DNA of 64,000 bases, taken from positions 1 through 64,000 of the forward strand of contig MNCI01002733.1 of NCBI GenBank assembly GCA_015680685.1, in the 5' to 3' direction. Origin of the DNA: Gnetum montanum (Eukaryota; Plantae; Gnetophyta). Position 1 is the stretch's first letter. The number at the start of each line of letters is the position of its first letter. The notes under the pieces were generated by a model, which saw nothing but the letters and a program-made list of their open reading frames with translations, was not told where the DNA came from and did no database searches. Made by a program: the position numbers and the translations under genes. This document shows, piece after piece, positions 12,182-26,949 of this stretch.

Positions 12182-13332
12182 CAAATGATGTAGCATTATT
12201 CATAACATTATAAAAAAGGTTAGAAACAAGCTACAAAATTTTTATGAGTACTTTGGAATAAAGATGAATACTCACTAAATGAAAATTCTAATGTGTGAAA
12301 CCAATAAGAGAAATTGTAAATTTCAACTAATAATATGCAAATTGTTAGGGACAAGGATACCCTGAAAATTAGAAGTGAAAGCATTGCTCAATTATTTGGT
12401 TCAACTATAATCAATATGATGATATGACACATTGTTATGTTCTTCTTAAGTTCAATGAAAGTATTTTATTATTATATGTTCCATGAGTATACATACTCAT
12501 CTAAGTTTTGATTCTGACACCCCATTTCCAAAATTATAAGGGGAAGCATTACATATCACAAGTTGTAAAGGGCTAGACGGCTTATTACACAATGAATAAT
12601 AAGTGTTTCAATAAAATTTCAACGTGGAAGACTTAAAGAGCTCTATTTCAAAGAATTGCATAATCTAGTACTTGTTGGATGTGTGGTTTGGGATCTAGGT
12701 CTTAATTAATAATTCTTTTAGAAAATGAAATTGTTAATAATAGTTCTTATTGGATGAATACAAGGTTAAAATTAGAAACATATTGATAGAATATCTCAAT
12801 TGTATTTGCTACAAATGATAAAAGATGAGAAACATATCTTATTAAAATAATGTGAAATAAATTTATTTATAAGAATTCTTGTATATCTTAGTAACCCATT
12901 AGAATCAAACCTTATTGATGAATTAAATACTAAACATTAGATATTAGTAGTAACCTATGACTAACATTGAACATATTATTGTAATAAAAATATAGATAGC
13001 ATTTTAATTATGAGGTGAGATGGCATTTTCAATGAATGGCTAAGAAGAAGTGGATGACATCTTCAATGAAAATGCATGTTGCAAATAGATTGAGGAAAAA
13101 TTCCCTTGTGAATGCATTATCAAATATAGATTTTGTAGAAATGTGCTTTCTTCAATTGGACAAAATCAATCATTGAATTATTTTTAGGTGTAGAAAATGA
13201 CAACCTCATGGAGAAAGAGTTTTCCAAATTATCAACAATATTTGACTTTTTGACTATTATTATGCTCTAGCATGCACATGATTGTTGTAATAGATTAATT
13301 ATTTTAAAGTTTTGGATTGGTTTTCTAATACT

Positions 13333-14299
13333 TGATGGTGAGCGGTGGGGTACCCCCTACACCCAACCATATGAATCACAAGTGTTCATGCACAATCCAA
13401 CAAAATTCCATGGATAGGGCTAGTTGTGGGATCTAGATTGTTATGTCTTGATTGTAGCTCGTTGTCTTCCCACTTGGACTAGTGGTAGCTTTGTCATGTA
13501 TTGTTTAGTCTAAAGTGAGGCATGTGATAATTGATCTTGTTTTAGCCTTATGCTACTCCTAATAAAAATAGAGAAATCAATTATTTAATCTAATTAACAT
13601 AAAGTAAAGTCTAAACTAGACTACAGGGGATGAGTGTCCATTCCTAGCTTGCTATACATGGCCTAACTCACATATCCACTACTAGGATTACCAAGCACTA
13701 TGCTATTAGGCAAACCAAGCAATAACATTGTTGGGATTAGCAAGAGAATACGTGTTTATGCTTGAAATTGGTCATGCTTATTCCACCAATTTATTAATAT
13801 GTATGGAAATGTAAATATTAACTAAGTACATCAAATGTAAATTGCATTAAAAGTAAATGTAATCTAAGTCAAAGTGCTACAATGAATAAGAATCAATTTT
13901 GATCTTACTGTTGTTCATGGAATGTGTCCAAGTACATTGCCACTCAAATAAGACACCAGATAACTAACTCAGATCCACACTATAAGGACTTGCTAACTGT
14001 TCTCTAAGACTATGTTATAAAACTACAAAAGCTTGGATACCTTTACAAAAGAATGCTAATACATGGTGGGAGCAAGCATATTTATAAGTGAAAATAGACA
14101 CTGTATCGATGGGGTCTCATCAATGCATGAAACAATGCATTGATAGGGCCTAGTTGACAAGGCCAAGATATTGGAGTTAAGATATTGAAGCCAAGATGTT
14201 GAGGCTAAGATATCGTAGCCAAGATATTAGGTCTAAGATATTAGAGTTAACAAAAAATTAAATTTTTGTCAGATATCCTAGCTAATCGATGATTCATCA
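13333..14299 (-). repeat. 3' LTR of element A
   Basis: TGAT...ATCA termini, adjacent to the PPT-like tract. Homologous to 53512-54393 (inverted) and 28468-29308. Contains ~14-bp AAGATATT subrepeats at ~14165-14245. Confidence 0.85.
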
Positions 14300-17200
14300 T
14301 ACCCCCATGACTGAATTAAAACTCATCCCTGAGTTAACAGGATAGGACTAAGCATTCTTTTCAAAAAATTGGTAATGATGGAATTATTGACTAACACTAA
14401 CTATTGACTGAATTTGAGTGCCACATTACAAAATTTTATTCTAGTGGATGCATACAAAATAATAGAGTGATAAGAAGATTGGATAGACTTTGAAGATTAC
14501 CAAATTTGTAGAGGTCTTCAAGAATCCGCTGAAGATGATTCTTCTTGTTGTCGCTAGTGGTGGCAAACTTCCAACTTGGATTGTTATGTTGCTACTTCTT
14601 TGGTTATGTAGAACATTATTGAAGGATGGACTGGAATTTTTTTTCATCATCCCATGATTCTAGCAAACCTATGATGCTTGAGTGTCTATCTTGTATGTGC
14701 TACAATTTGTTCATGGGCATATCTATCCTTCATTGTCCCCCTTTTGGCTTCGTTTTCATGCCTGGAAAAAGACCTTCTTTCTTAGGCATTTCTTTTAGCA
14801 TCACTTATAGTTACCAAAGGATTAACATTAATTTTGATAAATTTTCCTTAATATTTAACCCTTTTCCAGTCCCTTAGTTTTCATTTAAGCATAAGGTGAT
14901 GACAAGATACTATGCCCAAGGCTATGAGGTAACTAAAATCATCAAACTATTCACATTATTTTGATCAATTACTATTAGTTATCATGATGTTCAAAAATGG
15001 GATGTTAGAAAAATTTCAAAATTTCAAAGAGAACATCCCTAGCCCCCATGACTAATAAGTGTAACTCTAGAAGCACACAAGTTTTCGAACAATTGAAACC
15101 TAAGGTTTCATTTAGAAGATGACCAAGAAATATTGAACTTGAAGGATAATTTAATAGAAAAGTAGGAAAATGTGAAAAAAATAATTGAAAGTGATGAGAA
15201 GTAGTCCCAAAATTATGCATAAATTTAGAGAAATGGTCATTAATGTTCTAGAAGATGTGAAGGTTAGTTCAAAGCCATGATAAACAAAAGTTATGCAAGT
15301 GGGTCCTCCCCAAAGTAGGCTCCTATCATAATGCCCTTGGATAACCAATTCTATAGATGTCTATGGACACTAAAGAAGTAAAATGTAAACCATGCCTTTG
15401 TTTCAAATAACACACAACTACCATGGTTGGGATGTTGCACTATACTACACAAAACCAAAAGGCTCATAATCACATGCAGTAGTGATGTGAATAATAGGAT
15501 TAGAAGGGATTAAAGAGATCAGGATGTAAGGTACTTGACCATGTTCACAATGAGTTCTTGTGAAAAATGTAATTAAAATGATCATCATACCTATTTGTCC
15601 AAGTTTAGACCAAGTCCATACCATGAATAGTGACCTCACATTGATGTGTTCCTCCCTACCAACTACCATGATTCCACAACCACCCCAAAGAACAATCACC
15701 ACTCCAAAAAGAGAAGAAAAGAGAAGAAGGAAGGACCTTAGTTAGAGGGACATCTTTAGGCATGGGCAACATGTCTTTCCAACCCCATAACTAGTGCTTG
15801 TAGCCTATTATTTTGTTAAGGGGTGTGGTTTGAATTTTCATTATTATTTTTTCTTCTCTTTTTTTTTTTGTTTTGTTTTATTTTTTTGGTTTTTTTTTCA
15901 TTTTTTTCCTCTTTATTTTTTAGATTTTTTAAATTTTTTTTTGGAATGGGAATCACACCATACAAAGACATAGCTTCCTATTTATTAGTCAACAAAGGAG
16001 TAATGATACATTCCTCGAGGAGTCATAAACCACATGAAGGAAGATAAGAAGAAAATCCAACAAGTCCCCTTAAGGTCACACCCTTTGCCATTCCCATTGG
16101 GTCATTTCCTCTTTATTCAAGGTACAATGATCATTTATTAATTTTATTTTCATGAATGAAGAACCAAATTATTTCCATGAAAAAGACCTTTTATTTAGAG
16201 AACTAGAGGGATGGATGAGGTGGTCTCACTACTTTACATAATTACTTATCCAATCATCTTTATAGTATAGCACAAAAACCCAACACATAGCATTGACTTT
16301 GGCATCATGACTTGGCAATATTATTAACACTAATATATAATACATTCATAAACATAAAGAAAATGACTTAGGAAAAGAGAAGATTCTAAAGAAAAGAAAA
16401 GAAAAATTAAGAAATGGAAAACATATGAGAAATTAAAAAAATGTGGAAGAAATAGGAAAATGATAAAAAATTGTAAAACAAAAAAGGGTGAAAAATACTT
16501 ATTAGTTCTTATACTAGGATGGAGCATCTCCCCCATGAATAATCTTATGGCAACACATTTGGGAGATAAACCACATAATCCCTTAGTTATACACCACATG
16601 TTTCCCATTTGTCATTGTTACTGATTTAATTAATCATGTTGTAGCACATCTAACATTGGTGATAGTCTTGTTTGGATCATTTGGAGACGTATCTTCATTT
16701 GGACTTGAAGGTATTTCCATTTTGGGGGATCCACATGTGTTTTCTTATTCTTATTAATTTTCTATTTTAATTCCTAGGTCTCCATGTTTAATATCCTTTT
16801 TGGTGTATAATCAAAGTGTAAGAAATATGTGTCTAAGTCCCCTATTTGGTTCATTTTCTTAAGTCTAGAACTAATAAGAAAATCAATTTCCTCCATGCAT
16901 CTTTGAAATAATTTTATATTCTCATTTTCAAGCCACTGGGTGTCTTTTGGTTTGCTAGCTACTACGTAGACTGGTTTTTGCTCACACACTTACTTTTGAA
17001 CTTTGTTGTGGGCTATGTTAATATTTTGAATTTTTGGCCCATAACTACACCCTTTACTATTAGTGGTGATGCATGGATTCATTTGTCTCTCCATAGCACT
17101 AGATTCATTTCTTTTGTTAGGTGTTGGAGTAATGATGGATGTTGGCCTTTGCATAAGATCAAAGGACATTGGTTGTGAAAGGAAGGGTGTTGCACTTGAT

Positions 17201-18855
17201 TGGCATTGTGCTAGTTTAGATGAGTTAGTAGGTCCATGAGTCTTTTCCTTTTGCCTAAGGCATATCCTAAATAAAAGATGTTTCCTAGTTTGCAATGGAA
17301 ACTTGTTGGTATCAGCATGTCTATACACATTCGTAGTACAAGTGGCATTCATTTGTTGATATTGTGGGAGTGAATCTTCCTGTGTCATTAGTGGTGGCAT
17401 CTAATGAGATGGAGTATAAGAATATCAAGGGTAGGATGGATGGTAAGAGGTGCAAGGTGGTGATCCTTAGGAGGTGTCATGGGTTGATGGTACTTGAAAG
17501 AGTAATAGTAGCAATTTGAAGTAGATGACATAGAACTAGTTAGAGAAACTGGGTGTTGAACATAACATCCATGTGGGTTTGGTTGGCAATAAGGGTAGGG
17601 CTAGTTTGGTGGTGGCCTTTCCCATGACTGTGGGTTTTTCCACTATGATTGATGATGGTATTGAGGCTAGTAATAAGTCCCCCTAGGATAATATGATTGG
17701 TTGTGGGACTGTTTGTAATTACCATGTGAAAATGAAAATTTCTTGGGCATGTGCTTTTGTATGAATTTGGGATTTAATGAAAAATCCCAATACTCATGTA
17801 GATGTGACACAACTGGGCAATGGCCCTTCAGGTGGTAATATATGCAAATGTCACTTATGTCATCTTCATCTATGGTTAAGTCTATAGCCTTGCTTTCTTT
17901 AGCTATGTTCCCTCTTTCCCGAGAAGTGTTCCTAGTTGTTTCTTGGTTCTACTTCCTCCATTTATTGTGATTGCCTAGTTCATTTTTTGTTACCTTCTCC
18001 TCTACATTTTCTATGAAAGTTATAGATTTTTCACTTATCCACTCTGACGTCCTATCCAACCTTGCCTAGAGTTCATCAAGAGATTGTTGCAATGGCAAGG
18101 TTTGTTGTGAAATCACCTCATTGAGAGTTGCCTCTTTTTCCTCATCATAGATATGGATCCTTTTCCTTTGAAGAGTTGGGTCCCAATTATTTTCCTCTAC
18201 ATTCTCTTGTTTACATAGATCTCATACTTCTTTTGCCACCTACTCGATTAGCCTTTATATCTGATGGGCTTTTAATTTGTATGATCAACCTTAAGCATAC
18301 ATCACAAGGGTCTTCCTTGATTCATTACAAAGCCCATATATGATGTGGAAAGGTACTCTTTTTGAGAGAAATCATGGCTGGGACATCTATGTAGTAGTGA
18401 ATAGTATCTATCCAAGCCCACATCCAAGGGTTCATGATTTTCTTGCTTCCACCCTTGGATTTGTTTTCTTAGGATGGACACTCTTGCATAGGTTTGGTAT
18501 TTTTCATTGAAAATTTCTACCATTGTGGACCACTAGTGGATCGAACTTGGTTCCAATGATCTATACCAACTTTCAACTTTTTCTATTAGTATCATATGGA
18601 AGAAATTATGCTTTTGCCATCCACTTTCAATGTTTTATAAAAAAAAAGCATCATGGAAGGGTTGTAAATGATGTTGTGCATTAGAATTATAGCCACTACA
18701 AATTTAGGGATGTTATTCATATCAAGATTTTGATGCAACTTTTCTTGCAATGCCTATGGGGTATTTTTACTACCTCTATGAACTACATCATGCTATTAAT
18801 GGCCAACAAGGATTCACTATCATTAGACATGTCATGGTGAAAATTTCTATTTCTA
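13333..18855 (-). mobile_element. Athila-like Ty3/gypsy remnant A (gag remnant to 3' LTR; no pol; 5' end lost)
   Basis: Gag remnant at ~18300-18760 (EKYQTYARVSILRKQIQGWKQENHEPL...RCPSHDF). Athila-type pre-LTR tract CTCAGGGATGAG...CATGGGGGTA|TGATG on the minus strand at ~14300. Confidence 0.8.
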
Positions 18856-21800
18856 AGTGTCCAAGTACATCAGTGCTTGAATAAGGATCTATAAACTTCT
18901 TGATTCCTACTATAGGCACTTAGAAAATATTCTATCATAGAAATAAACTGCAAAAAATTTCTTAAGGTATTGATCAACCAGTGCCATAAATGCAATGGGG
19001 CACGCATTTATATAGGTAGATCCAAACACCACATTGATGCATATGCATTGATGCATCAAATCATGTGTCAATGCATCTGATCATGTGTTGATGCATAACA
19101 TTAAAGCAACCCATTAATGAAAATTCATCATACCCCCACGACTGATTGAAAACTCGTACTTGAGTGAACATAAGTAGGATTGAGCTTCTTACAAAATTTG
19201 GGAAGGTATGGAATCATCAATTGACTAACTGACTCAAAAATTGATGCTAAGTGTCCAAGTGTACAAATTGATAATGATTACAAAAAATGGATGTTCATTG
19301 AAATAAAGTTAGATACATTTACAAAAATTGATAGCTAGAACTCCTCTAATGATCAAAGATGAGAAGAAGATCAAATAGCCCTAGGATTTAAAGGCTCTTG
19401 AGATGCTAAAGGACCTTCCCTTGCCTTTAGTGCACATGGTAGTTGAGGCTAAGGTAGTTGTGGCTATCCTACTATAGATGATACTTTTGATGAAAGATGG
19501 AAATCATCCAGTAATGCTTTCATCTTCTCCTTCTTGCTTCGAGGATCATACATAGTTCATGCGGCATCATTGATGTGAGTAGGTATGGAAACATGTCATG
19601 GACAAGGCATGGATAGGAATAACTCCTCAATGTTGATGAACAAGATAGTGAATTATTTGTGTTTGATGTTAAACACTCTGATAGAGTTTTGTAGTGCATG
19701 TTAGTCATTCATCATATTGGCCAAGTTCTCCATGACTAACCATTGATCTATGAAGCACATGTAGAGAACTTTAAGCTTGACATTAGTTGTTTCCATATTT
19801 TTCTTTGTTTCTTTATGGTGCTTGAACTTTACCTTGTACAAGAGGTAAGAGCTAGTCACTTGCTTCTTGAGTTCTGACCTTGGCCTTTCGGCAATCAACA
19901 TTGTCAAGTTTGCATATCAAAGGCTGGCTAGCTTCATGTACTCTATCATATCTTCAATTTGTAATTCCTTAAGGTGGATTTTGGCCTTGTACATGTTAAG
20001 TCCATCAAAGATGGAATACCATATGTCACCTCCCTATTGAAGTTGCTAAAGGACCTTGTAATGTCCCCATTCTCAAATAATGCTGCTGCATAACAAAGAT
20101 GGTGCCTCTTTATGATAAGTGTTATTCTTATTAGAACAAGACTTGAAAAGGTAGCTGTAATTGAGACCTAAAATGGTACATTATAATAATAGATGTGTCT
20201 CTTAAGGTAACCTTTTGGGATTTGACCTAAGAAATTTATACCAAGGTGTAGAGGTTGTGTCAACATGGATTCGTAGATCTAGTATAGGCAAGTCATAAGA
20301 GCCAGGTGAAGTAGGATAGGAAGAGGATTGATCATCCCTTCTAGCTGGGTTGTATGCCTAACCATGATGGTAGTGATGGATTGCCTCTAAGGGATAGATG
20401 CCAAAGGAAGAAAACTCCAAGAAACACTCTGGGAGCATGATCTAGATACTCTATTCCATATTAATCAAGTTTTATTTTCTTTCTCCTTCTACATTTTTCT
20501 TATTATTTCCTTTACGCATAATTTTGAATGTTACATATATTTGACATTTGGTATATTGTATTCTTATGCATAGTATCTAATATAATATATATTTGATGTT
20601 TTCCATGACATCCAAGAATAGGATGTCAGATGCCTTATTCAATTTTTCCTTCACTAGTTGAATTTCTTTATCATTCACCTCTTTGAAGAGTCCAAACTAG
20701 CCCCTATAATGATTTTCTACTCATTCAAATTTTAGGACCTCATTCTTCTTGGTGGTTATCTCAATTACTATTTTTTGGTGAAGGGCACGGACCTCCTCCA
20801 TCAAGAGATTGTAATTCTTAGTAGCCAACCTCCTCAAATCCATGGTTACCTTGGCAAGCTACCTCTACTACTATCATAAGAATTCTACCATATGATCTTT
20901 CTGGTTCTTAACATTCCACAAGTGATAATTCTCTTGTGTCAGAACTAGGTTCTCCTTGCATACCTTTGACAAGTCCTTTTTGGTGTTGTAGATCATGTCC
21001 TCTACTAAGGACTAGTCAAAGACTACCATCTCCTTTACATGCTTAGCCTCTTGAAGTTTGTGTTGAAGATGTAGAAAAGCTTCATCTCTTGTTATGTCTT
21101 GGCTAAGCATGATGGGATTAGCTAGTTAGGCTCTCAACTCCACAACCTCTACAACCAATCATCAATTCTTAGATGTAGCTGTCTCAAGTTGGGCATTGCC
21201 AATGATGAGCTTACCCCTAAGTTCTAGCACCTCTAACTAGGTTACAGTGATGGTATCTAGAAGATCAAAGATCTCTAGAAGTAATTGTCTAATTTTCACT
21301 AGTTGGTTTAGCACCTCCTTGTGCTGGGCTGTGCTTAGCCTCCTAATTATCACTCTTGTGGATATCTACACATCCCTGAGTGTAGTGATATTAGACATAA
21401 AGGCTATAGGAGTGTTCAATGCCTCTGCCACACAATTAGCCACCATCTCTAATAATGTCTCCTACCATTGTTGCTACATCACCAAGATAATTACCCACTC
21501 ATCCATCTCTAGGTATACTAAGAAAGTGGCAGCATTCCTAAAATTTTCTACGAATTTTTGTTGTTCTAAGAGGGACACCATCACTACCTAGGAACTAATA
21601 TTTGACCTTGTGGGCACCTACATCCTTTGGATAGAAAAGAATGATGCAATCTATTCTAGCCAGCTAATGGTTCTTGTTACCTCATTCAAATTGTTCATAG
21701 CTAGCTAGTAGACTAATGGGTTACCGCCACTTGTTCCTAATTGTTGCTACTATAGGAGTTTCTCAGAGAGCTTGTGCATGTGCTTAATGACAGCATGAGC

Positions 21801-23018
21801 CTTAGGCATTGTTTCTTCTTAAGTGGATGATGGTGGTGGCTACTCCTCTTCTTGTAGCTTGGTATATGCCTTATCCTTCATCATCTCCTACCAAGATGTA
21901 GTAGGAGAATGACAAAGTTTGTCATTAGCGTAGCTAGCTATGGCTTCCCTTTTGCACAATTTTTTGATTAGGAATGGAAAGAGAAGTGTCTTCCTTGCAT
22001 GCTCATTCTCTTTGAAGTACTTCTCAATTTTGAGGAATATAAGTTGTAGGAGATTCACAGGGAATTTACTACTTAGAGTGACACACACACAGGTAGAGAA
22101 GGTGGTGATTTGGCTTAGCCTCACCATTGGGTTGATGTGGTAGGCCATAATTTTAAAGTTTGCGCTCTCTACCTTAATGAGTACACCGTACTCCTTATGG
22201 TTGACTCCATAGGATTACTACATCCATTCTTTCTTCACTTTGGGACCCACCTGCATTGACATTTCCACCAAGTTTGTTTCAGTATCCAACAACCTAAGGG
22301 CCTCTTCAATGGCCTCCATAGAGTAGGACACATTGATGTTCATTATCTTTGCTATGGCATCCACCCACTTGTTGCGCCAAAAGAGGTACATCTCTTCCAT
22401 GTACCACTCTCCAATGGAAGTGAGGATAGGCCACATGGGAGAGGTTTCAGTTGTGTTTTAACCTCTTCTGGTGCCAAGTCCAAGAAAGGATCAAAGTTTA
22501 GTTCTTGAAGAACTACACCTTAATGTCCTTGGAAAAAATATGCTTTAGGCATGCTTTAGTCAAAGTGACCTCTAGGTTTAGTTCAGGCCTACACACCTTG
22601 TCTCATTTCAATTGCCTAGTCTTAGCTATGGGAATCTATTAGATAGACTCCACCTCAAGCTCCTCCCAAAGGGGTCCCATTACATATGTTTTTGCTGCTT
22701 CCTCCAAGGGTTGCTACTATTGTTGGTCCCTTCCTCCTCTAGGTTGCTTATCCCTTGATTGGGATGGTCCTCCCTCCTACAATCTTTTAGGTCCTGATGC
22801 CATTTGTAATCACAACATGACCAAGAATTAGCATTTGATGTGTAACTTAGAATACTTGATACCTTGTCTCCTTTGATCAATTACACTTAGGCTAAGTTGT
22901 GATTATGGTAGATTGAGTATTTTAATATTATTTTAGTTTGATAACTACCAAAGCTTGTTGGTAACGTTTAACTTTGGTGAATTTTTTATTTTTAATATTA
23001 TTTTATTTGTTAAACCTT
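17604..23018. repeat. Copy 2 of the 5.4-kb duplicated block
   Basis: Collinear with 1663-7029. This copy continues into element sequence on both sides, so it is the likely donor-type arrangement. Confidence 0.97.
21840..22560 (-). pseudogene. Athila env-like / extra ORF remnant
   Basis: WPILTSIGEWYMEEMYLFW...NVSYSMEAIEEAL and VNLLQLIF...LLFPFLIKKLCKREAI resemble the LPFP.LI..LC block of Athila env-like ORFs. A decayed coiled-coil-like region continues to ~19400. Confidence 0.6.
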
Positions 23019-25275
23019 GTGGAAGTTAGAAAAAGTTTAGAAATTTTTCTATTAAAAATCCATGGTTTATGGTCTCCATGACATAAATCTCACCTCCAAT
23101 AGTTGTAGGATTGATGAATGGAGTGAATGAGATAACTGATTCAAAAGTTATGGGCTTAGGAAGGCTTTGGGCTAAGAAAACTACAAAAAATCCTTGGGTG
23201 TTAAATGGAAAATGTGAAAAATGACTATGTCCCTAATGTTATTTATAGGCTTTTTTTGCTACATTGATGGAAAAATGTTAATGCATCTAGCTACATTGAT
23301 GTAGCCATAGGACAACATTTTTCCACATAAAAACTAAGTAAAAATAAGAAGTTTTTCAATGAAATTAGAGTATAAAGGAAGGTAGTATAGCCTATAATAC
23401 CAGAAAATGATTGAAGAGGACTTAGAATATGCACAAAAAAGAAGATTTGATTTAGAGATTATTGGTCAAGAAGTACAAAACTAGATGAAGTTGATGTGGA
23501 GTGCATAGGATTTGAGAGTGAAATGACTAAGGGATAAGGAATTTAACCATCCCAACTAAGGAGTATGCAAGTTGGCCCTCCCCATAGGAGACATACCCTC
23601 AAACCAAGCACTCCATGGACCCCAAGGATGATTATTGGTTGTGGATCATTAAAGACCAAATCACCAAAGACATCATCAAAGAATGTCAACCGTTTACTAA
23701 TGAACCCATCAAAATAATCATGAAGATAGGTAGTGAGGTGGTTTATGGAAAGAATTGGTGGATGAGAGAGTATGAAATGGAGTTCCCCATGGTGATCACA
23801 TGAAGTCCCTTTTCGAAGATGTGATTAAATATGATCTAAGAACCTCCTTGCTTAGTCCAAATTAAGACCATCCACTTCCAATGACTTCACATTAACACTT
23901 GAGACCATTCCACCCTCCAACAAACAAGAACATCCTCATAGACCACTCATCATTCCTAAAGAAGAAGAAAAGAGAAGAAAAAAGTGAAGAGGGCCTTAGT
24001 TAGAGGGGTGTCTTTAGGCATGGGCAACATATGTTTCTATCCCCATAACGAGTGCTTGAAGCTTGTTATTATGTCTAATGGATGTACCTTGAATTCCCAT
24101 TCTTATTATTTTTTTTAAAATGAAAACGACACCATGCAAAGACTTTGCTTCCTGGTAGGCATGTAAAAAAGTGACAAATGCCTTGGAAGTCATACCCTTG
24201 TCAATCCACTTAATTTGTCCAATGTTTGAAAAATACGAAGGTCACCAATTCATTATAAGTTCTTATTAAGAAGGGACCTCATAGTTTCAAAACAAGGAAA
24301 CACCAAAGATTTGTGTGAAGTAATGGATGATGTGGACTCACTACGTACTAACATGACAAGAATCAATGTCCCATTAGTAAAAATCAATATTCTAAAATGA
24401 ACTCCAATCATTTTGTAATCAAGTAATCAGCAAAGTTTCAAACCATCATTGATAATAGCTATATCTTGCACCAAGTCTTAATGGTCATATAGAAAAATAA
24501 AGGTGTGTAAGAAAAATTTAAATAAAGAAAAATAAAGGAAAATATAGAAAAATTATAAAATACCCATCAAAATGGAAAATGCACTAAAAATAGTGTAAAA
24601 AAAAGTTAATAACTAAGGAGCCATGTTATAAGATGTCAACATGTATGGCCATCTCCTCCACAACTACATTGGAAGGAGGAGATTCAAAAGATCGAGCTTT
24701 ATTGGCTATTGATCAAAATTCTTTTACATATGCTATTAGGATGGTATATCATCATGGACCTAGGTGGAAAGGTGTTAGAATTAATATAAGGCCTCACCCA
24801 TAATGTTTAATGATATGTGTGTTGAGGCACATGGATGGGGTTTCAGTACGGCATCTTACATATCTATTAGAGCTTGACCTTCTTAATCCTAGGGTCATAA
24901 AATTGTGTAGTATGTGCCTTGTACACTTCATTCATTAGATGTGTTTCATTATTAGAAACTAGTACACATGGAATACCAAACCTATTTACCACACCTGGGG
25001 GGTACAAAACTAGATTGTCATAGATGTTGAACAATCGATGACGGTCACAACTTTTGCTCCTTTTGTATAGTAGTCAACAACCAACCTTGATTGATCCATG
25101 ATTTCTACTTGAGAACTTATGAGACTCTCAGATGGTTTGATGCACATTACTAGTTTAGCCTCCTTTTTGGTTGTCAGCCACTAAGTACCTTCCTAATTAG
25201 TGGCTACTGTGTATAGGCACTTTTGAATTTTCATGACATCTGCACATTGACTGCATGGCTTAGGTGATATGCTTT

Positions 25276-25650
25276 TTATGATTCATAGTTTTTGCACATA
25301 GTGTCACTATACATTATGCATGGAACATGATTCTTCTCAATCTTTCCAAATTCATTCTCCTTGGAAATCTCCAAGGAGAGATCTCTTATCCCCAACCATG
25401 CATCAACTGTAGTTAGCCATGCTCTTCCCATGATAATAGGAAAGCCGCTTTTGCTGTTCTTCACATTGATTACTAAAAAATTGATAGGATATGACCATCC
25501 ACAAATAGTGATCATAATGTCCTCAACCAATTCCAAAGGAACAGTAATGGACTAGTCTACCAATTCCAATCTTATATTGCTCTTTTTTAGTAGAGGCAGG
25601 TTTCATGCTTTGTACATCTCTTGTGAAATCAAATTGACTTCAAAACCTAA
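25276..25650 (-). pseudogene. Retrotransposon aspartic protease remnant (element B)
   Basis: VEDIMITICGWSYPINFLVI...PIIMGRAWLTTVDA matches the Athila/Tat VEDV..FP.DF.V..PIILGRPFL pattern. Confidence 0.85.
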
Positions 25651-26949
25651 GTGTAAAGAGATTTAAAAGGTTCATTTTGAACAATATACAAATAGATAAG
25701 GGGACTCCTAGGATGAGATTGCTTTATGGAAAGATGACTAGGCTTAATCCAACCAATGACCATGTGGATTAGCATGATAGTGTGCAACGAGAGAGTGTTT
25801 TGGTTTGAAGGAGGCTTGATAAGTATTGTAGAGGAGATAGGAGCATAATTCATAGCCATAGGTATTTTTCAAGGATTTGTGGGGCTTTTTGTTCTAAAGC
25901 ATAGTCTCTTGTGAGGCCTAGATTCAAGACCACTTGACTAAGAAGTCAGTTGTACATTCATGACCCTTGTGATGTGTCTCTATTGTGGCTATGCTAGGAT
26001 CTCACCTTGTAAAGATGGATTAGGTATAGAAGGAGTTGTAGGTGAAGATGTAGGAGTGGAAGGATGAGGAGGAGAATAGTAGAAAAATTAGAACTCTTCC
26101 CTTGGAGATATTGCTCTATCATATTCAGGAGGGAAGTAGTGCTATTGGAAACAAGTGTAACTAGAAGAGTCACATAGAGAAATTAGCTACTGAACATAGT
26201 ATCCATAAGGATTTGGCTAGTATTATGGATATTACTATCTAAGAGGTAGCATCCCCATGACTGTGGATATTACCTTGGCTAATATTGCTTATGAGGTTGT
26301 TGCAATGCTCCACTTAGATAGTAAGTTTGGTGGTGGAACCATTACTGATAGTTGCCTTATAGATAAGGAAACTTGCAACGTTATTACTATTTTGCTAGTC
26401 TATGATTCAACTTGTACACCCAAAATTCTTGTAAGTGTGACACAATAGGACAACATCCATTAGGATTTTCATATTGGCATAAGTCACACCCATTATCATC
26501 TGACTCAGAATTTGCAACCTCTTCTACTACAACAACCTTTTTCTTACCCTTATGATGGGCATGTTCATCTTCCTTTTTCTTCTTGCTATCATGTTTACTA
26601 CCCTCGTGATCTCTATTCTCTTCAATAATTCTTAGAGTAGTTTATAAAATTTTTCATCCAAGAAGTCCTACATTTGGTCAACCTTGACCAATATTTTAGA
26701 TATAGATTTTTGTGTTGGCAAGGTTTTCCTTTGCATCACTTCATCAAGTGATGCCTCCTCATTGTCATAGAAATGGACCTCCCTCTTATAGAGAGAGGGG
26801 TCCCTGTTGTACTCTTCTATACTTTCTCTCTTTCTCAAATTTCCTTCTTCCTTAGCTACCTACTTAATGAGCCTTTGGATTTGATGGACCCTTAGTATTG
26901 AAAGGGCATAGACCCCAAGAGCTCTCCTCATTTTAGTTCAAAGCCCATT

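Noticed and set aside
12930-13260. Possible decayed PPR-like exon (G*EEVDDIFNE)
   Set aside because: Too short and degenerate to support.
15823-16608. Phe-rich, membrane-protein-like ORFs
   Set aside because: They come from poly-T/A low-complexity tracts in the Athila non-coding region.
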